The notes beneath the pieces were generated by a model, which saw only the letters and a list, made by a program, of their open reading frames with translations, made no database searches and was not told the DNA's origin. From an uncultured virus (IMG/VR IMGVR_UViG_2061766007_000025) (Duplodnaviria; Heunggongvirae; Uroviricota; Caudoviricetes): a stretch of 64,000 nt of DNA. The stretch lies in IMG/VR virus record IMGVR_UViG_2061766007_000025; one strand, 5' to 3'. This document shows, piece by piece, positions 38,611 through 50,034 of the stretch (the first letter of the stretch is position 1; every line of letters starts with the position of its first letter). A program made the position numbers and the translations under genes.

Positions 38611-39585
38611 TTATACATTAGCCGTTATGTCTACTTGTTTAGTTTGAGTTTGTTGTTGAGCTACAGGTTCCTCTTTACTAGTATTAGGGTTTTTCTTTAA
38701 TACAGATGACACTGGAATATATGTCCTTAATATTTCTAATCTAGTTCTAAATAGATCTTTAATAATATTCATCTTAGCAGTAAGTATCTGCATAGATGCT
38801 GACATATAAACATTAACAGATTTTAACATGCTTTTAGCACCATCTTTATTCTGTTGATTATCTGCACCTTCACCTTGATTCTGATCATTATTCTGATCTT
38901 CTTTAGGTTTTTCTATATCTTGCTTTTCTATAGCTTCTAAGAATAATGCTGATTCTTTTAAAGTATTTGCTACCTGAGCTATAGCTTGATTAGATTGATT
39001 GACTTTTCCTATATCATCTTTAATCTTTGTAATCTCATTCTTTGCACCAGTCTTGCAGAACTCATAAGCCGAAGTTATCATTTTTGCATCTGCTTTAACA
39101 TTATCTGTTACAGTATATACATATTTTTCTACTCTAGCCTTAGTTCCACCTTCCTGAACTTCTGGAAGCATATTATAATACTTCTTCATAAAATCATCTA
39201 CAGAAGTAAGATCTTCTTTCATAGCTTCATAGTTCATCGGCTGTATATGAATAGATTGTAGTTTATTAAAGTCACATGTTGTATATTTACCAACTGTAAA
39301 ATTTGGATTAGGAGTAGTTATCTTTCCTTCAATAGCTTTAAGATATGGTTGAGCTGGTCCTGTTGTTATAATACCCATTATCGTAGCATAAGCTTTTTCA
39401 AGTGCAGTGGTTATCTTTCCTAAATATTGCATTACTGTATCTTTTACAGCTTCCTCAATATAAACTAAACCAACACTTTCGTTCATTATATAAGAAGAAC
39501 TTATATTAGTTAAAGTTTCTATAAGTTCTTGTTCTGCTATAAATACAGAATATTCAAACTCATATTCTTCTAATGAAACTCCCAT
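38611..39585 (-). CDS. Internal head protein-like paralog 4
   Basis: Acidic leader, hydrophobic-x-E, amphipathic helix, helical C-terminus. Confidence 0.5.
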   Translation of the reverse strand: MGVSLEEYEFEYSVFIAEQELIETLTNISSSYIMNESVGLVYIEEAVKDTVMQYLGKITTALEKAYATIMGIITTGPAQPYLKAIEGKITTPNPNFTVGKYTTCDFNKLQSIHIQPMNYEAMKEDLTSVDDFMKKYYNMLPEVQEGGTKARVEKYVYTVTDNVKADAKMITSAYEFCKTGAKNEITKIKDDIGKVNQSNQAIAQVANTLKESALFLEAIEKQDIEKPKEDQNNDQNQGEGADNQQNKDGAKSMLKSVNVYMSASMQILTAKMNIIKDLFRTRLEILRTYIPVSSVLKKNPNTSKEEPVAQQQTQTKQVDITANV

Positions 39586-40640
39586 TATAAATCCTCCTCT
39601 ATTGCATAATGTACTGCTTGATTTAAAATATACTTATTCTGTTGAAATTCTTCTTTAAGTGCATCCATTTTTGCTCCGTAGAAATGAAGATAGATATCAC
39701 ATATATTTTTTATTCTTACTATAGAAGATTGAATAATACTGTTAAATAAATTAGTAGCATTCTCTGTAGCATCTAATCCTGCTGGAATATAATCTACAAG
39801 TTTTAATCTATTAATATCATTCTTGACTTTTCTTGATACATTGGTAACATTCATCTTTTCTCTATTAACCTGATCTAAGGTACGTCTATAATTATCAAAT
39901 TGGGTTAATCTATTTATTATTTCTTCTGGCTGAATTATAGTATCAGATTGTACTGCTCCACCATTACGAAAATAATTATATAACTTACCTACAAATTCAT
40001 CTTTAGTAATAGATCCATCTGAAGTTCCTAATATTCTTCCACGTAAAGAATCAAAATAAGATTCTTCTACATTGACTTCATCTTTTAAAAAGTTTACCTT
40101 ATCATAAATTTCATCAGAACGCTTTATAAGGCGAAATTCTTGAAGTCCTCGTAGGAGTATACTGGACTGTGTTTCTAACTCGTTTCTGTACGAAGTAGGT
40201 GCTGTATCTACACGTAAATTCGTATAGATATGAAGGTCTTTTGAAATTGGAATAGCCTTATTAAGATTTTTAAGTTTATTTCTATTCAAATTTATAGTAT
40301 TTGACTCATTGAATAGATATAGCAGCATAGACTTAAATTTATTAAATAAGGTTTCCATTATTTCTATAAATTTAGATATAATACTATCTATAATTTTTAA
40401 AGGATTAAACTTAGATATGGATTTCTTAAAATGCTCTTTAAGCTTATTAGATATAAATCCTTCATTTAATGTAGTATTATACTCTGATATCATATTTATG
40501 AAAGATACATTCTCTTCATATACACATCTTAGTGATTCAGTAAATAGAGATGAATCTATTACTGGTTCACTCATATCTTTATCAGCAATAAATGAAGTAT
40601 CTATAGCTGATATCTTTAAAATATCTCTTGAAAAACTCAT
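39585..40640 (-). CDS. Internal head protein-like paralog 3
   Basis: LNE-G followed by an 'IIDSIISKFIEIMETLFNKF' helix. Confidence 0.5.
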   Translation of the reverse strand: MSFSRDILKISAIDTSFIADKDMSEPVIDSSLFTESLRCVYEENVSFINMISEYNTTLNEGFISNKLKEHFKKSISKFNPLKIIDSIISKFIEIMETLFNKFKSMLLYLFNESNTINLNRNKLKNLNKAIPISKDLHIYTNLRVDTAPTSYRNELETQSSILLRGLQEFRLIKRSDEIYDKVNFLKDEVNVEESYFDSLRGRILGTSDGSITKDEFVGKLYNYFRNGGAVQSDTIIQPEEIINRLTQFDNYRRTLDQVNREKMNVTNVSRKVKNDINRLKLVDYIPAGLDATENATNLFNSIIQSSIVRIKNICDIYLHFYGAKMDALKEEFQQNKYILNQAVHYAIEEDL

Positions 40641-40663
40641 ACCTAATTATCTCCTTAAAATAA

Positions 40664-40692
40664 AAGCAGGTAGGAAACAATCCTACCTGCTT
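40664..40692 (-). terminator. Intra-operon hairpin/terminator
   Basis: AAGCAGGTAGGA-AACAA-TCCTACCTGCTT. Confidence 0.75.
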
Positions 40693-40699
40693 AAATATT

Positions 40700-41725
40700 T
40701 TACCAATCAAAAGCCTCTGCTACGAGATCAACCTGAGTTGTAACTGACTCATATGACTCGTTCTTTGCAGTTGTTTTTCCTTTAGCCTTTGCTACAGCAG
40801 AAACTACTCTAGAAAGAACTACTTTATAGTCAACATATCTCTTTCTGTATACATCAACAAGAACAGCATGTGCTGCATGGAAAGCATTTGAAAGATTTGT
40901 GTAGCATAAAAGTTTGTCTTTTGCAAAACGAACTTCATCATCACCTTTAATCTTCTTAAACTCTTTGATTGCATCATCGATGAACTTCTTCTGATCTTTG
41001 TATGCAACTGAGATATCTGAAAGATCTGCTCCATTGATAACTACAGCATTAAGATCATTAATGCCTGATCTAAGCCAATCCTTAGTTACTTCAATAGAAC
41101 CTTCGCCTAAAGCATACTCTTTCATCTTATTCTTCATGTCAGCAACAGTACCAACAGCATCATTGTCAGCAAGAGTTCTAGGAATAGCAGCAAGGATCTC
41201 ATCCTTTGTATCCTTGAGAGCTTCAGGATCATCAACTCTAATGAGCTTATCAAAGTCAGCAGCAATCTTATTGGCTAATCTACCAGCTCTATCATTTACC
41301 ATATTGATATCTTTCTTTGAGCAATGAGTAAATTTAGCAAGTGTACCAAACTTCTTCTCACTATCAAGAAGATCAATATCAGCAGCAGTAACTTTAGAAC
41401 CAAGTTCTTTGTTAGATTCTTTTACTTTATCTTTGAAGAACTTAACAACTTTCTCAAACCAGCCTTTAATAGCTGACCAGATATTCTTAAATACATTAAT
41501 TACCTGCTTCTTGAAAGCGTCAAGCTTTGCACCTTCATAAACAACCTGAACACCAGTGCTTTCATAAACTGCAAGTTCATCAACACCGATTGCTTCCATA
41601 GCTTCATTAAATACTTTCTGAGTATATTCTGCTACATAGAGAGAACTCTCAGCAAAAGTTAAGCAATGATCTGGAATTACATTCTTTGAAGGTACATCTG
41701 ATAACATTTTATAAGTATCTTCCAT
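40700..41725 (-). CDS. Internal head protein-like paralog 2
   Basis: AAGGAGG RBS supports the start at 41725; VYE-G then 'FKNIWSAIKGWFEKV'; ends AEAFDW. Confidence 0.55.
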   Translation of the reverse strand: MEDTYKMLSDVPSKNVIPDHCLTFAESSLYVAEYTQKVFNEAMEAIGVDELAVYESTGVQVVYEGAKLDAFKKQVINVFKNIWSAIKGWFEKVVKFFKDKVKESNKELGSKVTAADIDLLDSEKKFGTLAKFTHCSKKDINMVNDRAGRLANKIAADFDKLIRVDDPEALKDTKDEILAAIPRTLADNDAVGTVADMKNKMKEYALGEGSIEVTKDWLRSGINDLNAVVINGADLSDISVAYKDQKKFIDDAIKEFKKIKGDDEVRFAKDKLLCYTNLSNAFHAAHAVLVDVYRKRYVDYKVVLSRVVSAVAKAKGKTTAKNESYESVTTQVDLVAEAFDW

Positions 41726-41744
41726 AACTAATATACCTCCTTTA

Positions 41745-42956
41745 TTAATATCCAAATGCTTCAGTGATAAACTGATCGTTAGCTTCAGAAATAGCAGCGA
41801 TCATTGCAGACTCGCCAGCAACTGTAGCTTCAGCTTTACCTACAGTATTACCATTCTTATCTTCTACAGTAGCATCAACCTTTTCTGGGTTAGCATGGTT
41901 CTTAGCATATCTACCAAGAATGATATATGCTTTACGGCAAGCACCAAACATCTTAACGAGTGTGTTTACCCAACCGCTAATAACCTTAGAAAGAAGTTTA
42001 GATGTTTCTGAGCAGATAGCAAATACTTCTTTAGCTTTAAGAGATGCAAATTCATCATCTTTCTTAGCCTTAAGAGTTTCTTTAGACTTAGCTGCGCATT
42101 TATCAATTAAAGCCTGAGTTCTCTTAAGAGCTTCTTTTGTTGTCTGAATGTATCCTTTAGCGCCAACAACTTCAGCTTTAATAAGCTGAACATCTTCTGC
42201 TTTAAATACATACTTAGCACCATCAGCTGGAGCCTCATTGAAACCTACCTTAGGGAACTGCTCAAGAATCTTTGCGTGCTCTTCTAACTTCTTATCATAC
42301 TCAGCCTTAGCAGCAGCTACAGCATCAGCATTAGCAGCATCCTGAACTGCCTGATTAGCTACAAACATATCATACTGAATCTTATTAACCTGATCTTCTA
42401 CAACCTTAAATGCTTCAGCAGAAGCCTTAGGCATAGCAAATCCTGCAAGTCCTTCAAAGCCTTCATAATTCTTAGCATCAGAAAGAACCTTATCATACAT
42501 ATCAACAAGCTTCTTATCTGTATGAGTAATCTCGATAAGCTTATTAAGTACTGCATTAAATGCATTAGTAATAGCTTTCTTTACAGCTTCCCAAAGCTTA
42601 GCAAGTTTGTCAAGGATGCTTTCTTTTGTCTTTTCTGAAACCTGATCATTGGTCTTCTTAGCTTCTTCTGTTGCAGATGTATCTCCATCAGCTTCAAGAA
42701 GAGCAGCTTCATTTAAATTCTCAGCTGTTGTAAAATCAAGTCTGATAAGACTATCAAACATCTTGCCTTCATTCTCAGTAAGAGTGATACATGTTTCCAT
42801 AATATGAGCAAAAGACTCTTCAACATCTACAGGAGCATCTGACTCTGTGTCATCAACCTGAACTTCAGCATCAACAACTTCGTCTTCTTCATTAAATGGC
42901 TCTGGTGCTTCTGTCTCAAGCAATGAATTAACTCTATTTTTTGAATAAAGTCCCAT
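41745..42956 (-). CDS. Internal head protein-like paralog 1
   Basis: LLE motifs, 'LAKLWEAVKKAITNAF'; ends TEAFGY. Confidence 0.55.
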   Translation of the reverse strand: MGLYSKNRVNSLLETEAPEPFNEEDEVVDAEVQVDDTESDAPVDVEESFAHIMETCITLTENEGKMFDSLIRLDFTTAENLNEAALLEADGDTSATEEAKKTNDQVSEKTKESILDKLAKLWEAVKKAITNAFNAVLNKLIEITHTDKKLVDMYDKVLSDAKNYEGFEGLAGFAMPKASAEAFKVVEDQVNKIQYDMFVANQAVQDAANADAVAAAKAEYDKKLEEHAKILEQFPKVGFNEAPADGAKYVFKAEDVQLIKAEVVGAKGYIQTTKEALKRTQALIDKCAAKSKETLKAKKDDEFASLKAKEVFAICSETSKLLSKVISGWVNTLVKMFGACRKAYIILGRYAKNHANPEKVDATVEDKNGNTVGKAEATVAGESAMIAAISEANDQFITEAFGY

Positions 42957-43054
42957 GTGAATTTCCTCCTTAATAAAAATATTTGATTTTAGAGGTATGC
43001 AAATGCTTGAAGATTTACATACCTCATTATAATTAATGTTCTTTCGTCATCTGA

Positions 43055-44536
43055 TTAGAATAATACACTCTTATCATAGATTTCTGTAGGAACATTTCCT
43101 CTTAAATCATCAATTTTCATCTTCTTAGCTTCTGCTTTTGCAAGAGCTTTAGCTTCCTTTTCTGCTTTCTTTCTATCAATAGAAATAATATTAGCAAATT
43201 TCTTTAATGAATCAGCAATCTTAAGCTGTCTTCCAACAACTTTATTACGCTTATCATCAGGAAGTTCAGATGAAGTACTATACTGAAGTTTATATGCATT
43301 CATTTCTATAAACTGAGCCTGCACATTAAGAGACTCTGAAATTGATACTCTTGTATTTACAAAGAAGTATGTAATAGAACGAAGCATAGGAATTAAGCAT
43401 GTAAGTAAAAACTTAATAGCTTTGAATCCTAATACTGCACCACCAGCAGCAGCCGCAAGTCCAAGAGATGCTAATACAGGCGAAGCACTATATAATCCAG
43501 CAATTGTTGCACCTATAGTCCCAATAACTTCATTTACAGGTTCTTCTTTATTAGAATCGCATGCACCATTAATAGGCATTGTTGGAGTAGGATCACATTC
43601 TGGTTCTTCTTTCTCTGGAACATCTGAACCAGCACATGGTACATCACATTCATCATTAGGAACGTCAGCATCCTGTTCTACAGGAGTTTCTTCTGCAGAT
43701 TCTACATCTTCTGGTGCAACATCATCATCTTCAAATGGAGATGGGCAATGATGATCTTCACCTTCTTCAAAGTTACATCCACAATGAGGACATACTAAAG
43801 TCTTCTTAGCTTTAATATCTGCACCAGCTCTTCCAGGGCCTACATTAATATTTATTGTATTAACTCCAGAACCTGGCTGATCGATACCAGTAATTTCCTG
43901 TGGTTCTCCACATTCAGCAACTTTACCACCATTCTTCATAGTATCACGAAGAATAATTTCTAAATCTCCAGAAGCGCACGACTTATTAAATGATACTAAC
44001 TGTTCATAAAGCATATTATCCTTTGCATTATTATAAGCAACCTTATCAAATGCAGCTTCCATTGTCTGACTTGACGGATCTTTTACATACTGGATTGTAG
44101 TGGAAATAAGTAATGATACTGACTGCTCAATAGCCATTACAATAAGATTATAAATTACCATAGGAAGTTCTACTCCTAAAGAGTAAGCCTTCATAAAGAT
44201 AGTTTTATATTTCTTAACGTTATCAATAGCTGTTAATACAGTATCAACTATAGTAGTATCTTCTTTATATTCTACTACCATCTTTCTGATAATATTGAGA
44301 CACTCTACAGTGTTATCAAATCCATCAACCTTAGTAATATCTCCTCTAGATTGAGGAATAGTACCAAAATCAATCTTATCAACTTTCTCTACAATCTTAT
44401 CATATAATGCAGAAGAAAGAGCCATAAGAAGTTGTGATTGCTGAGCATCCTCTAATGCAATAATGCATTTTCTTGTACCAGTATCAGAGATATCGAAAAA
44501 TTCTCTAATAATCTGATTATACTCATTAAGAATCAT
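43055..44536 (-). CDS. Probable virion/head protein (493 aa)
   Basis: Starts MILNE; CPHC...HC motif and acidic Cys-rich linker, then a hydrophobic segment. Confidence 0.5.
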   Translation of the reverse strand: MILNEYNQIIREFFDISDTGTRKCIIALEDAQQSQLLMALSSALYDKIVEKVDKIDFGTIPQSRGDITKVDGFDNTVECLNIIRKMVVEYKEDTTIVDTVLTAIDNVKKYKTIFMKAYSLGVELPMVIYNLIVMAIEQSVSLLISTTIQYVKDPSSQTMEAAFDKVAYNNAKDNMLYEQLVSFNKSCASGDLEIILRDTMKNGGKVAECGEPQEITGIDQPGSGVNTININVGPGRAGADIKAKKTLVCPHCGCNFEEGEDHHCPSPFEDDDVAPEDVESAEETPVEQDADVPNDECDVPCAGSDVPEKEEPECDPTPTMPINGACDSNKEEPVNEVIGTIGATIAGLYSASPVLASLGLAAAAGGAVLGFKAIKFLLTCLIPMLRSITYFFVNTRVSISESLNVQAQFIEMNAYKLQYSTSSELPDDKRNKVVGRQLKIADSLKKFANIISIDRKKAEKEAKALAKAEAKKMKIDDLRGNVPTEIYDKSVLF

Positions 44537-44557
44537 TTCTTTATACCTCCAATATTA

Positions 44558-46051
44558 TTATCTATTATTCATCTTACTAATAAGATTAATAACCTTCTTG
44601 TAAGAATTTCCATTCTCTTCTCTTTCAAGGAATGAATAAGCCTGATGCTCGAACGAATCATTACCAGCATATAAGAACTTAGCAACTTCGAGAGACTCAT
44701 CACAAATTACAATACCTAAAAGATTATAAGAATCCATAATAAGTTTTGCATTCTTAACCTGTTCAAGATCGAAGTCATATTCTTTACGCATAAGATTAAC
44801 TGTTTCCTGATTTACAACAAGAACTGTGATACTAGAAGCATCATTACCCTTCTTATTAATCTTATTCCAGTTATTCTTAATAGAACGATTCTCAAGAACT
44901 CTCCACATTCTAGCGGCATAACCACGTTTAGCAGCATTCTTAGCATCAATCTTTGCCTGCTTAATACCTAAAAGGAAATCTTTTACAAATCCAATTTCAC
45001 CAGTTGTAGCTCTGATAAAATTGAGGAATGAAACTTTAGTCTTATTCTTTGAAATGAGTCTTTCAATAATATCTGTAGCATCTACAGGAATAAGACGAGA
45101 CTTAACACCAGCAACGAATGCTTTAGAATCATAAATAGTTCCATCAGGATTCTGCTCATTATATCTAACAACCATAAGAGTAGGTGTAAGTTCATTACAC
45201 TTTTTAACATCCTGATCTATAAGCATTCTTCCAAGAGAAGCAACTTGATCTGCTGAATTCTGAATCTGATTTCTAAGAATATCAGAATTAGCTTTATCAT
45301 TTTTGATCTTATCAGATTCGATATCTCTTTCTTCTTTTCTTTGCTTCCTTAACTCATCTGAGATCTTAATTTCGGCATCATCTTTAGCAAAAGTATTTTT
45401 AGTAAATTGATCACCTTTTCCGCCAACATCAGATGTAGTGCTATCATATCTCTTCTTATCATATTTATACTGATGCTTTTTATCAGAACTAAGTTTCTCT
45501 GTTACTACTATCTGTCCATTAGCACCATTATTAACTACAAAATCATTAACTGATGTTTCGTTAAGACTATTTACAGGGAAACTAAAATTCTGTTCTTTAA
45601 GAAGCTGAGTTAACTTTTTAGCAGCTCTTTCAAGATCAGCGCTATTTTCAAAAAGCTTTCCGTCTTTAGATTTTTCATAAAGATCACCTAATGCATCAAT
45701 ATAATCATCCATAGCAATATTAGAAGAAATATTCTTATGAACTGTTGCAAGAATATCTGCACCATTGCTTCCATTAAACTGGATAGAAGCAAATAACATT
45801 TCAAGCATAGCAACAATGTTTCTCTCATTAGCTTTACTGATCATAGATGCAGTAGATGCTGGAAGAGAACTATCACACATTGTTGGGAAAGTCATAATGA
45901 GATCTTTTGTATAGTTTGAAATTGATCCTTTAAGATATTTATCTGCATTTACATCTTTTTTATCTGATGCTTTTTTAGTAACTGTCATGTAGTTACTTAA
46001 ACTATCAATTATATCTCTTAAAGGTCCTTGACCTTCTAAAAGGTAGTTCAT
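44558..46051 (-). CDS. Probable virion/head protein (497 aa)
   Basis: Late motif AACA-CTAAGA-TAAA (46077-46090); starts MNYLLE. Confidence 0.5.
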   Translation of the reverse strand: MNYLLEGQGPLRDIIDSLSNYMTVTKKASDKKDVNADKYLKGSISNYTKDLIMTFPTMCDSSLPASTASMISKANERNIVAMLEMLFASIQFNGSNGADILATVHKNISSNIAMDDYIDALGDLYEKSKDGKLFENSADLERAAKKLTQLLKEQNFSFPVNSLNETSVNDFVVNNGANGQIVVTEKLSSDKKHQYKYDKKRYDSTTSDVGGKGDQFTKNTFAKDDAEIKISDELRKQRKEERDIESDKIKNDKANSDILRNQIQNSADQVASLGRMLIDQDVKKCNELTPTLMVVRYNEQNPDGTIYDSKAFVAGVKSRLIPVDATDIIERLISKNKTKVSFLNFIRATTGEIGFVKDFLLGIKQAKIDAKNAAKRGYAARMWRVLENRSIKNNWNKINKKGNDASSITVLVVNQETVNLMRKEYDFDLEQVKNAKLIMDSYNLLGIVICDESLEVAKFLYAGNDSFEHQAYSFLEREENGNSYKKVINLISKMNNR

Positions 46052-46076
46052 ATGTTAACCTCCTTTATGGTATTAA

Positions 46077-46149
46077 TTTATCTTAGTGTTCAGAATTATA
46101 ATATTTATATCATTATATAAACTCTGATTATCGGGAACATCTAAGTAAA
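46077..46149. promoter_or_regulatory. Divergent pair of late promoter motifs
   Basis: AACA-CTAAGA-TAAA (minus, 46077-46090) and AACA-TCTAAG-TAAA (plus, 46136-46149). Confidence 0.65.
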
Positions 46150-46193
46150 TATCAGTACTATATTTTATTATTTTAGGAAGGAGGAAACTAATA

Positions 46194-47330
46194 TTGGCTA
46201 AGTCAAAAAACACTATCAATGGTATAATACCCATTGATAATTATGTAGATGATGATGGATATTCATCTAGTACTATATCTGGTAATATGATATACGGTGC
46301 AAAAGATGATCCTTATCAAAAAGCTCCGTATAATGATGGTAATACCATATATACTGGTCCAATGCATTCAGCTAAATTATTTAGACGTGATGAAATAGAC
46401 TTATTTAATAAGACTTATAGATTCGGTCTTTATAATCCTTATGGACAAGTAAATACAACCAGAGAATTTGTATTCTTTACTAAACCAGATTTACATATAC
46501 TACAGGTAAGTGATACTACAGGTAGAGTAGAAAATGCAGGTGTATTAAATGATGGTCTTAAAAATGAATTCTGGAGAGATATGCTTAAAAGTAAGAGACG
46601 TATCATAGATCAATTACAATCTTCAGCTTCTACTTCAGAAGATCCATTTATACATTTACTACAGAATCAAATTAGTTCTCCATTGGAAATTCCTGGTATT
46701 TCAGCACAAACAATAGATACTGCAGTTAATATGTATGGTGTTGGTTTCTCATATAGAGGAAGTTCTGAAGATTCTGATGATAATCCTGAATTTTCTATAG
46801 AATTTAGAGATGATAGATGGTTAAATACATATTATTTCTTTAAAGCATATGAAGAATATGAAACAGAAAAACATCATGGTACTATAAGACCTTGGAAGTA
46901 TTATATAGTAAATAAGATTATTCATGATCAGTTTGCTATATATAAATTTATAGTAGATGAAGATATGGAAACTATATTATATTATGGTAAGTATTATGGT
47001 GTAATGCCATTATCACTTCCTAGAGATGTATTCTCAGGTGAAGGATTTATAGATGGATTAAAATATAATATAAACTTTAAAGCAGCATTCTATGAAGATA
47101 TGAAACCAGAAATTCTTCAAGACTATAATGATCTTGTAGATAGAAATAATAATGGGTTTTATAGTAATCTAAAATATGATATAGACATATATAATCAAGT
47201 TACTGGTAGAAGTGATGGTAGAGCAGCACAAGCTGCTAAAGTTATTAAAGAAATTAATACTCCTAGAGCTAGAATATCTCCAAATGAATATATTTATAAG
47301 CTCAAATGGAAAGGAAGTGACCAAGTATAA
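46194..47330 (+). CDS. Virion structural protein (tail-tube-like/baseplate)
   Basis: TTG start with AAGGAGG; 'FVFFTKPDL', 'FSIEFRD', 'GVMPLSLP' tube-fold-like pattern; coupled to the wedge gene. Confidence 0.5.
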   Translation: MAKSKNTINGIIPIDNYVDDDGYSSSTISGNMIYGAKDDPYQKAPYNDGNTIYTGPMHSAKLFRRDEIDLFNKTYRFGLYNPYGQVNTTREFVFFTKPDLHILQVSDTTGRVENAGVLNDGLKNEFWRDMLKSKRRIIDQLQSSASTSEDPFIHLLQNQISSPLEIPGISAQTIDTAVNMYGVGFSYRGSSEDSDDNPEFSIEFRDDRWLNTYYFFKAYEEYETEKHHGTIRPWKYYIVNKIIHDQFAIYKFIVDEDMETILYYGKYYGVMPLSLPRDVFSGEGFIDGLKYNINFKAAFYEDMKPEILQDYNDLVDRNNNGFYSNLKYDIDIYNQVTGRSDGRAAQAAKVIKEINTPRARISPNEYIYKLKWKGSDQV

Positions 47331-49996
47331 TGGCTATAACTCCACAAGATACAGCAGATGTTTGGAATATATCTACTGATATTTACGATATTGCGGATTC
47401 TATTACTAAACTTAAAGCTAGATATATAGAAAATGAAAATGAAGATACACTTGCTGTAGGTATTTTCGGTTTTATTGGTGATGTAGAAGCTAAGAAGATA
47501 CAGTCATCTGCTATTTATGCTGCTCAGATGGGAAATGAGATGTTTCCAACAAGAGCAAAACTTACAAAGAATGTAATTACTCATGCTATCTATAATAATA
47601 TTACTGATATAAATGCAGTACCAGCTACTATGACTGTAAATATTGGTATAAAAGTATCCGATCTTGATAATTATATGGTAGATGGAGTATTTACATTTGA
47701 TTGTACTTGCCCAATATTTATATCAGATTATGAATTTCACTTCGAGTATGATATTGTGCTTGTAAGAACTTTAACATCTGCTGGAACTTATGCATATTCT
47801 GCTCATTATAATGTATCAGTTCCTAATAGATTATCTCAAACTAAAGATCCTTATCTTAAACAGCCATTTGCTATAAAGATAGAGAATGATGATTATGTAG
47901 TATTCCAAGCTCAGATTAGACAATATACTATAGAAACAACTTCTGATAAACTTATATCTGAATCTATAATTGAAAATAAGACATTTACATTTGAATTTGA
48001 GAATCAAATTGCAGATTTTGATGTATATGCAACTAGAGATGGTATAGAAACTAGACTTACACCATTAATTTATGGATCAGACTATGGTGATGTAGAAAAT
48101 TATTGCTGGTATTTGTTTATTTCTGATAATACTATAAGAATTACATTTGATTCTGTATCTTATACACCTGGATTAAACTCTGATATTAGAGTTGAGGCAT
48201 ATACTACTCTTGGATCTGCTGGTAATTTTACTTATAAGAATATCGATGATAGTGATTCTGGTTTCTATGTAGACATACAGTCAGATAAATATAATTATAA
48301 TAAGATTACTTGCTATATGGTTGCAGTTACCAATTCTCAATTTGGCACTGATAAAAAATCAAAAGCAGAATTACAATCGTTAATTCCTAAAATGGCTCAT
48401 TCTAGAGGATCAATTACTACAGAGCAAGATGTCATTAATTACTTTAATCTTATTAATACTAAAGATAATAGATTGGTAGTAAGAAAGAAAATGGATAACC
48501 AATTTGCCAGAGTATGGTATGCATATTTCTTACTTAAAGATAGTAATAATAATGTATTACCTACAAATACTATCAAGATAAAGTTAAATATTAATGATGG
48601 TACCATGTATCTGGCAGAAGATGGAAGACATATACTTCCTGCTGGTTCTGTAATTAAATATGATGGTAATGCTGGAATAGGTACAGTAATTGATGAGTCA
48701 GAGGTGCCTCCTATTTATAGTGAAGAATACTTTGCTAATAATATGTATTATTATATGACTCTTTATAATATTATTCTTGATGAAGAACCATTATATGCTG
48801 CATATTATATGACTATCAGCAATACTGATCAGTTCTATACATTTATCTGGGTTAATGAATTATCTAAGTTGCAGTATGTAGTAAATAAGTGTAACTTCAA
48901 AAGAAGCCTTCTTACAGATCAATCAGAGTATAAATATTCATTTAAGATGGCTCAATCTATAGCTGCAGATTATGGAATGTATAGTGTAAATACAGAAACT
49001 GGTATAGTTGCCAATAATATGAAAACTATAATTGTATTATATAGAGAAGGAGTTCCTTATAGATGGCAAGAAGCTACATTAACTAGCTATGATGAAGTTA
49101 ACTTTGTATCATCTTGGGAATTATCTCTTGATACCGATAATGGCTTCGATTCTGAGAATAATATTAAGATTAATAATCTTCATGTTGCTGGTTCTGGAAC
49201 TGATATAAACTATGGATATTTTGCACCTAATACAAAAGCAGTAATGTATATCCTTAGTAAATTCGATGAGCAATATGGTAGGTATGATCTTGATCTTATT
49301 GCTCCTGGAGCATTTAATGGTTACTCTGTAACCAATGTTTATGAAGTTGATGGTGGTTTCTTATTCTATGAGAACTATACCAACGTAGTAAACACAAAGA
49401 TTACTCCTATAGTAGGAGCAGCAGCTGGAACTTATTCATTGGCTGGTTTACCTGTATCAGGAATGCATTTCATGGTTGATGAAGATGCTGTAGTATATTT
49501 TACCAATCAGCTTAATGATAAGAAGGCATATATTGATAATTGTCTTAAGTTATTAGAGAATTCTATGGATATAGATTTCAAGTTCTTTAATACATATGGT
49601 AATTCTCTTACATATATTACAGACAATGAATCAAGAACACCTATTGGTCATATTGATATTAGTATGAACTTTAAGATGGCTCTTAAGAATCTTAATGATG
49701 TTTATACAAAAGATGATGTTACTAACTACATTAAGAAGTATATTGAGAACCTTGAAGATATAGGTGATTTACATATTCCTAATCTTATTACAGATATCAC
49801 TAATGAATTTTCATCACGTATTACATATATCGAGTTCGTAAACTTTAATGATTTCTCTCTCGGTATTCAGCATATTATAGTTGATGATTTATTAGATGAT
49901 ATAGATGTAGTACCTGAGTTCTTGAATATAAGAAATACTTATGATAATGCAGGAGTATTAGTTCCTAATATTAATATCGAAGTATTATATTCTTAA
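47330..49996 (+). CDS. Baseplate wedge protein (T4 gp6-like, 888 aa)
   Basis: NE.FP.RA....V..HA...A.PA; 'YTTLGSAGN'; 'G.D..S..EL.......R..I.T..D' baseplate-J/gp6 pattern. Confidence 0.75.
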   Translation: MAITPQDTADVWNISTDIYDIADSITKLKARYIENENEDTLAVGIFGFIGDVEAKKIQSSAIYAAQMGNEMFPTRAKLTKNVITHAIYNNITDINAVPATMTVNIGIKVSDLDNYMVDGVFTFDCTCPIFISDYEFHFEYDIVLVRTLTSAGTYAYSAHYNVSVPNRLSQTKDPYLKQPFAIKIENDDYVVFQAQIRQYTIETTSDKLISESIIENKTFTFEFENQIADFDVYATRDGIETRLTPLIYGSDYGDVENYCWYLFISDNTIRITFDSVSYTPGLNSDIRVEAYTTLGSAGNFTYKNIDDSDSGFYVDIQSDKYNYNKITCYMVAVTNSQFGTDKKSKAELQSLIPKMAHSRGSITTEQDVINYFNLINTKDNRLVVRKKMDNQFARVWYAYFLLKDSNNNVLPTNTIKIKLNINDGTMYLAEDGRHILPAGSVIKYDGNAGIGTVIDESEVPPIYSEEYFANNMYYYMTLYNIILDEEPLYAAYYMTISNTDQFYTFIWVNELSKLQYVVNKCNFKRSLLTDQSEYKYSFKMAQSIAADYGMYSVNTETGIVANNMKTIIVLYREGVPYRWQEATLTSYDEVNFVSSWELSLDTDNGFDSENNIKINNLHVAGSGTDINYGYFAPNTKAVMYILSKFDEQYGRYDLDLIAPGAFNGYSVTNVYEVDGGFLFYENYTNVVNTKITPIVGAAAGTYSLAGLPVSGMHFMVDEDAVVYFTNQLNDKKAYIDNCLKLLENSMDIDFKFFNTYGNSLTYITDNESRTPIGHIDISMNFKMALKNLNDVYTKDDVTNYIKKYIENLEDIGDLHIPNLITDITNEFSSRITYIEFVNFNDFSLGIQHIIVDDLLDDIDVVPEFLNIRNTYDNAGVLVPNINIEVLYS

Positions 49997-50034
49997 AAAC
50001 ATCATTATAATACTATAAGGAGGTATAATACCAA

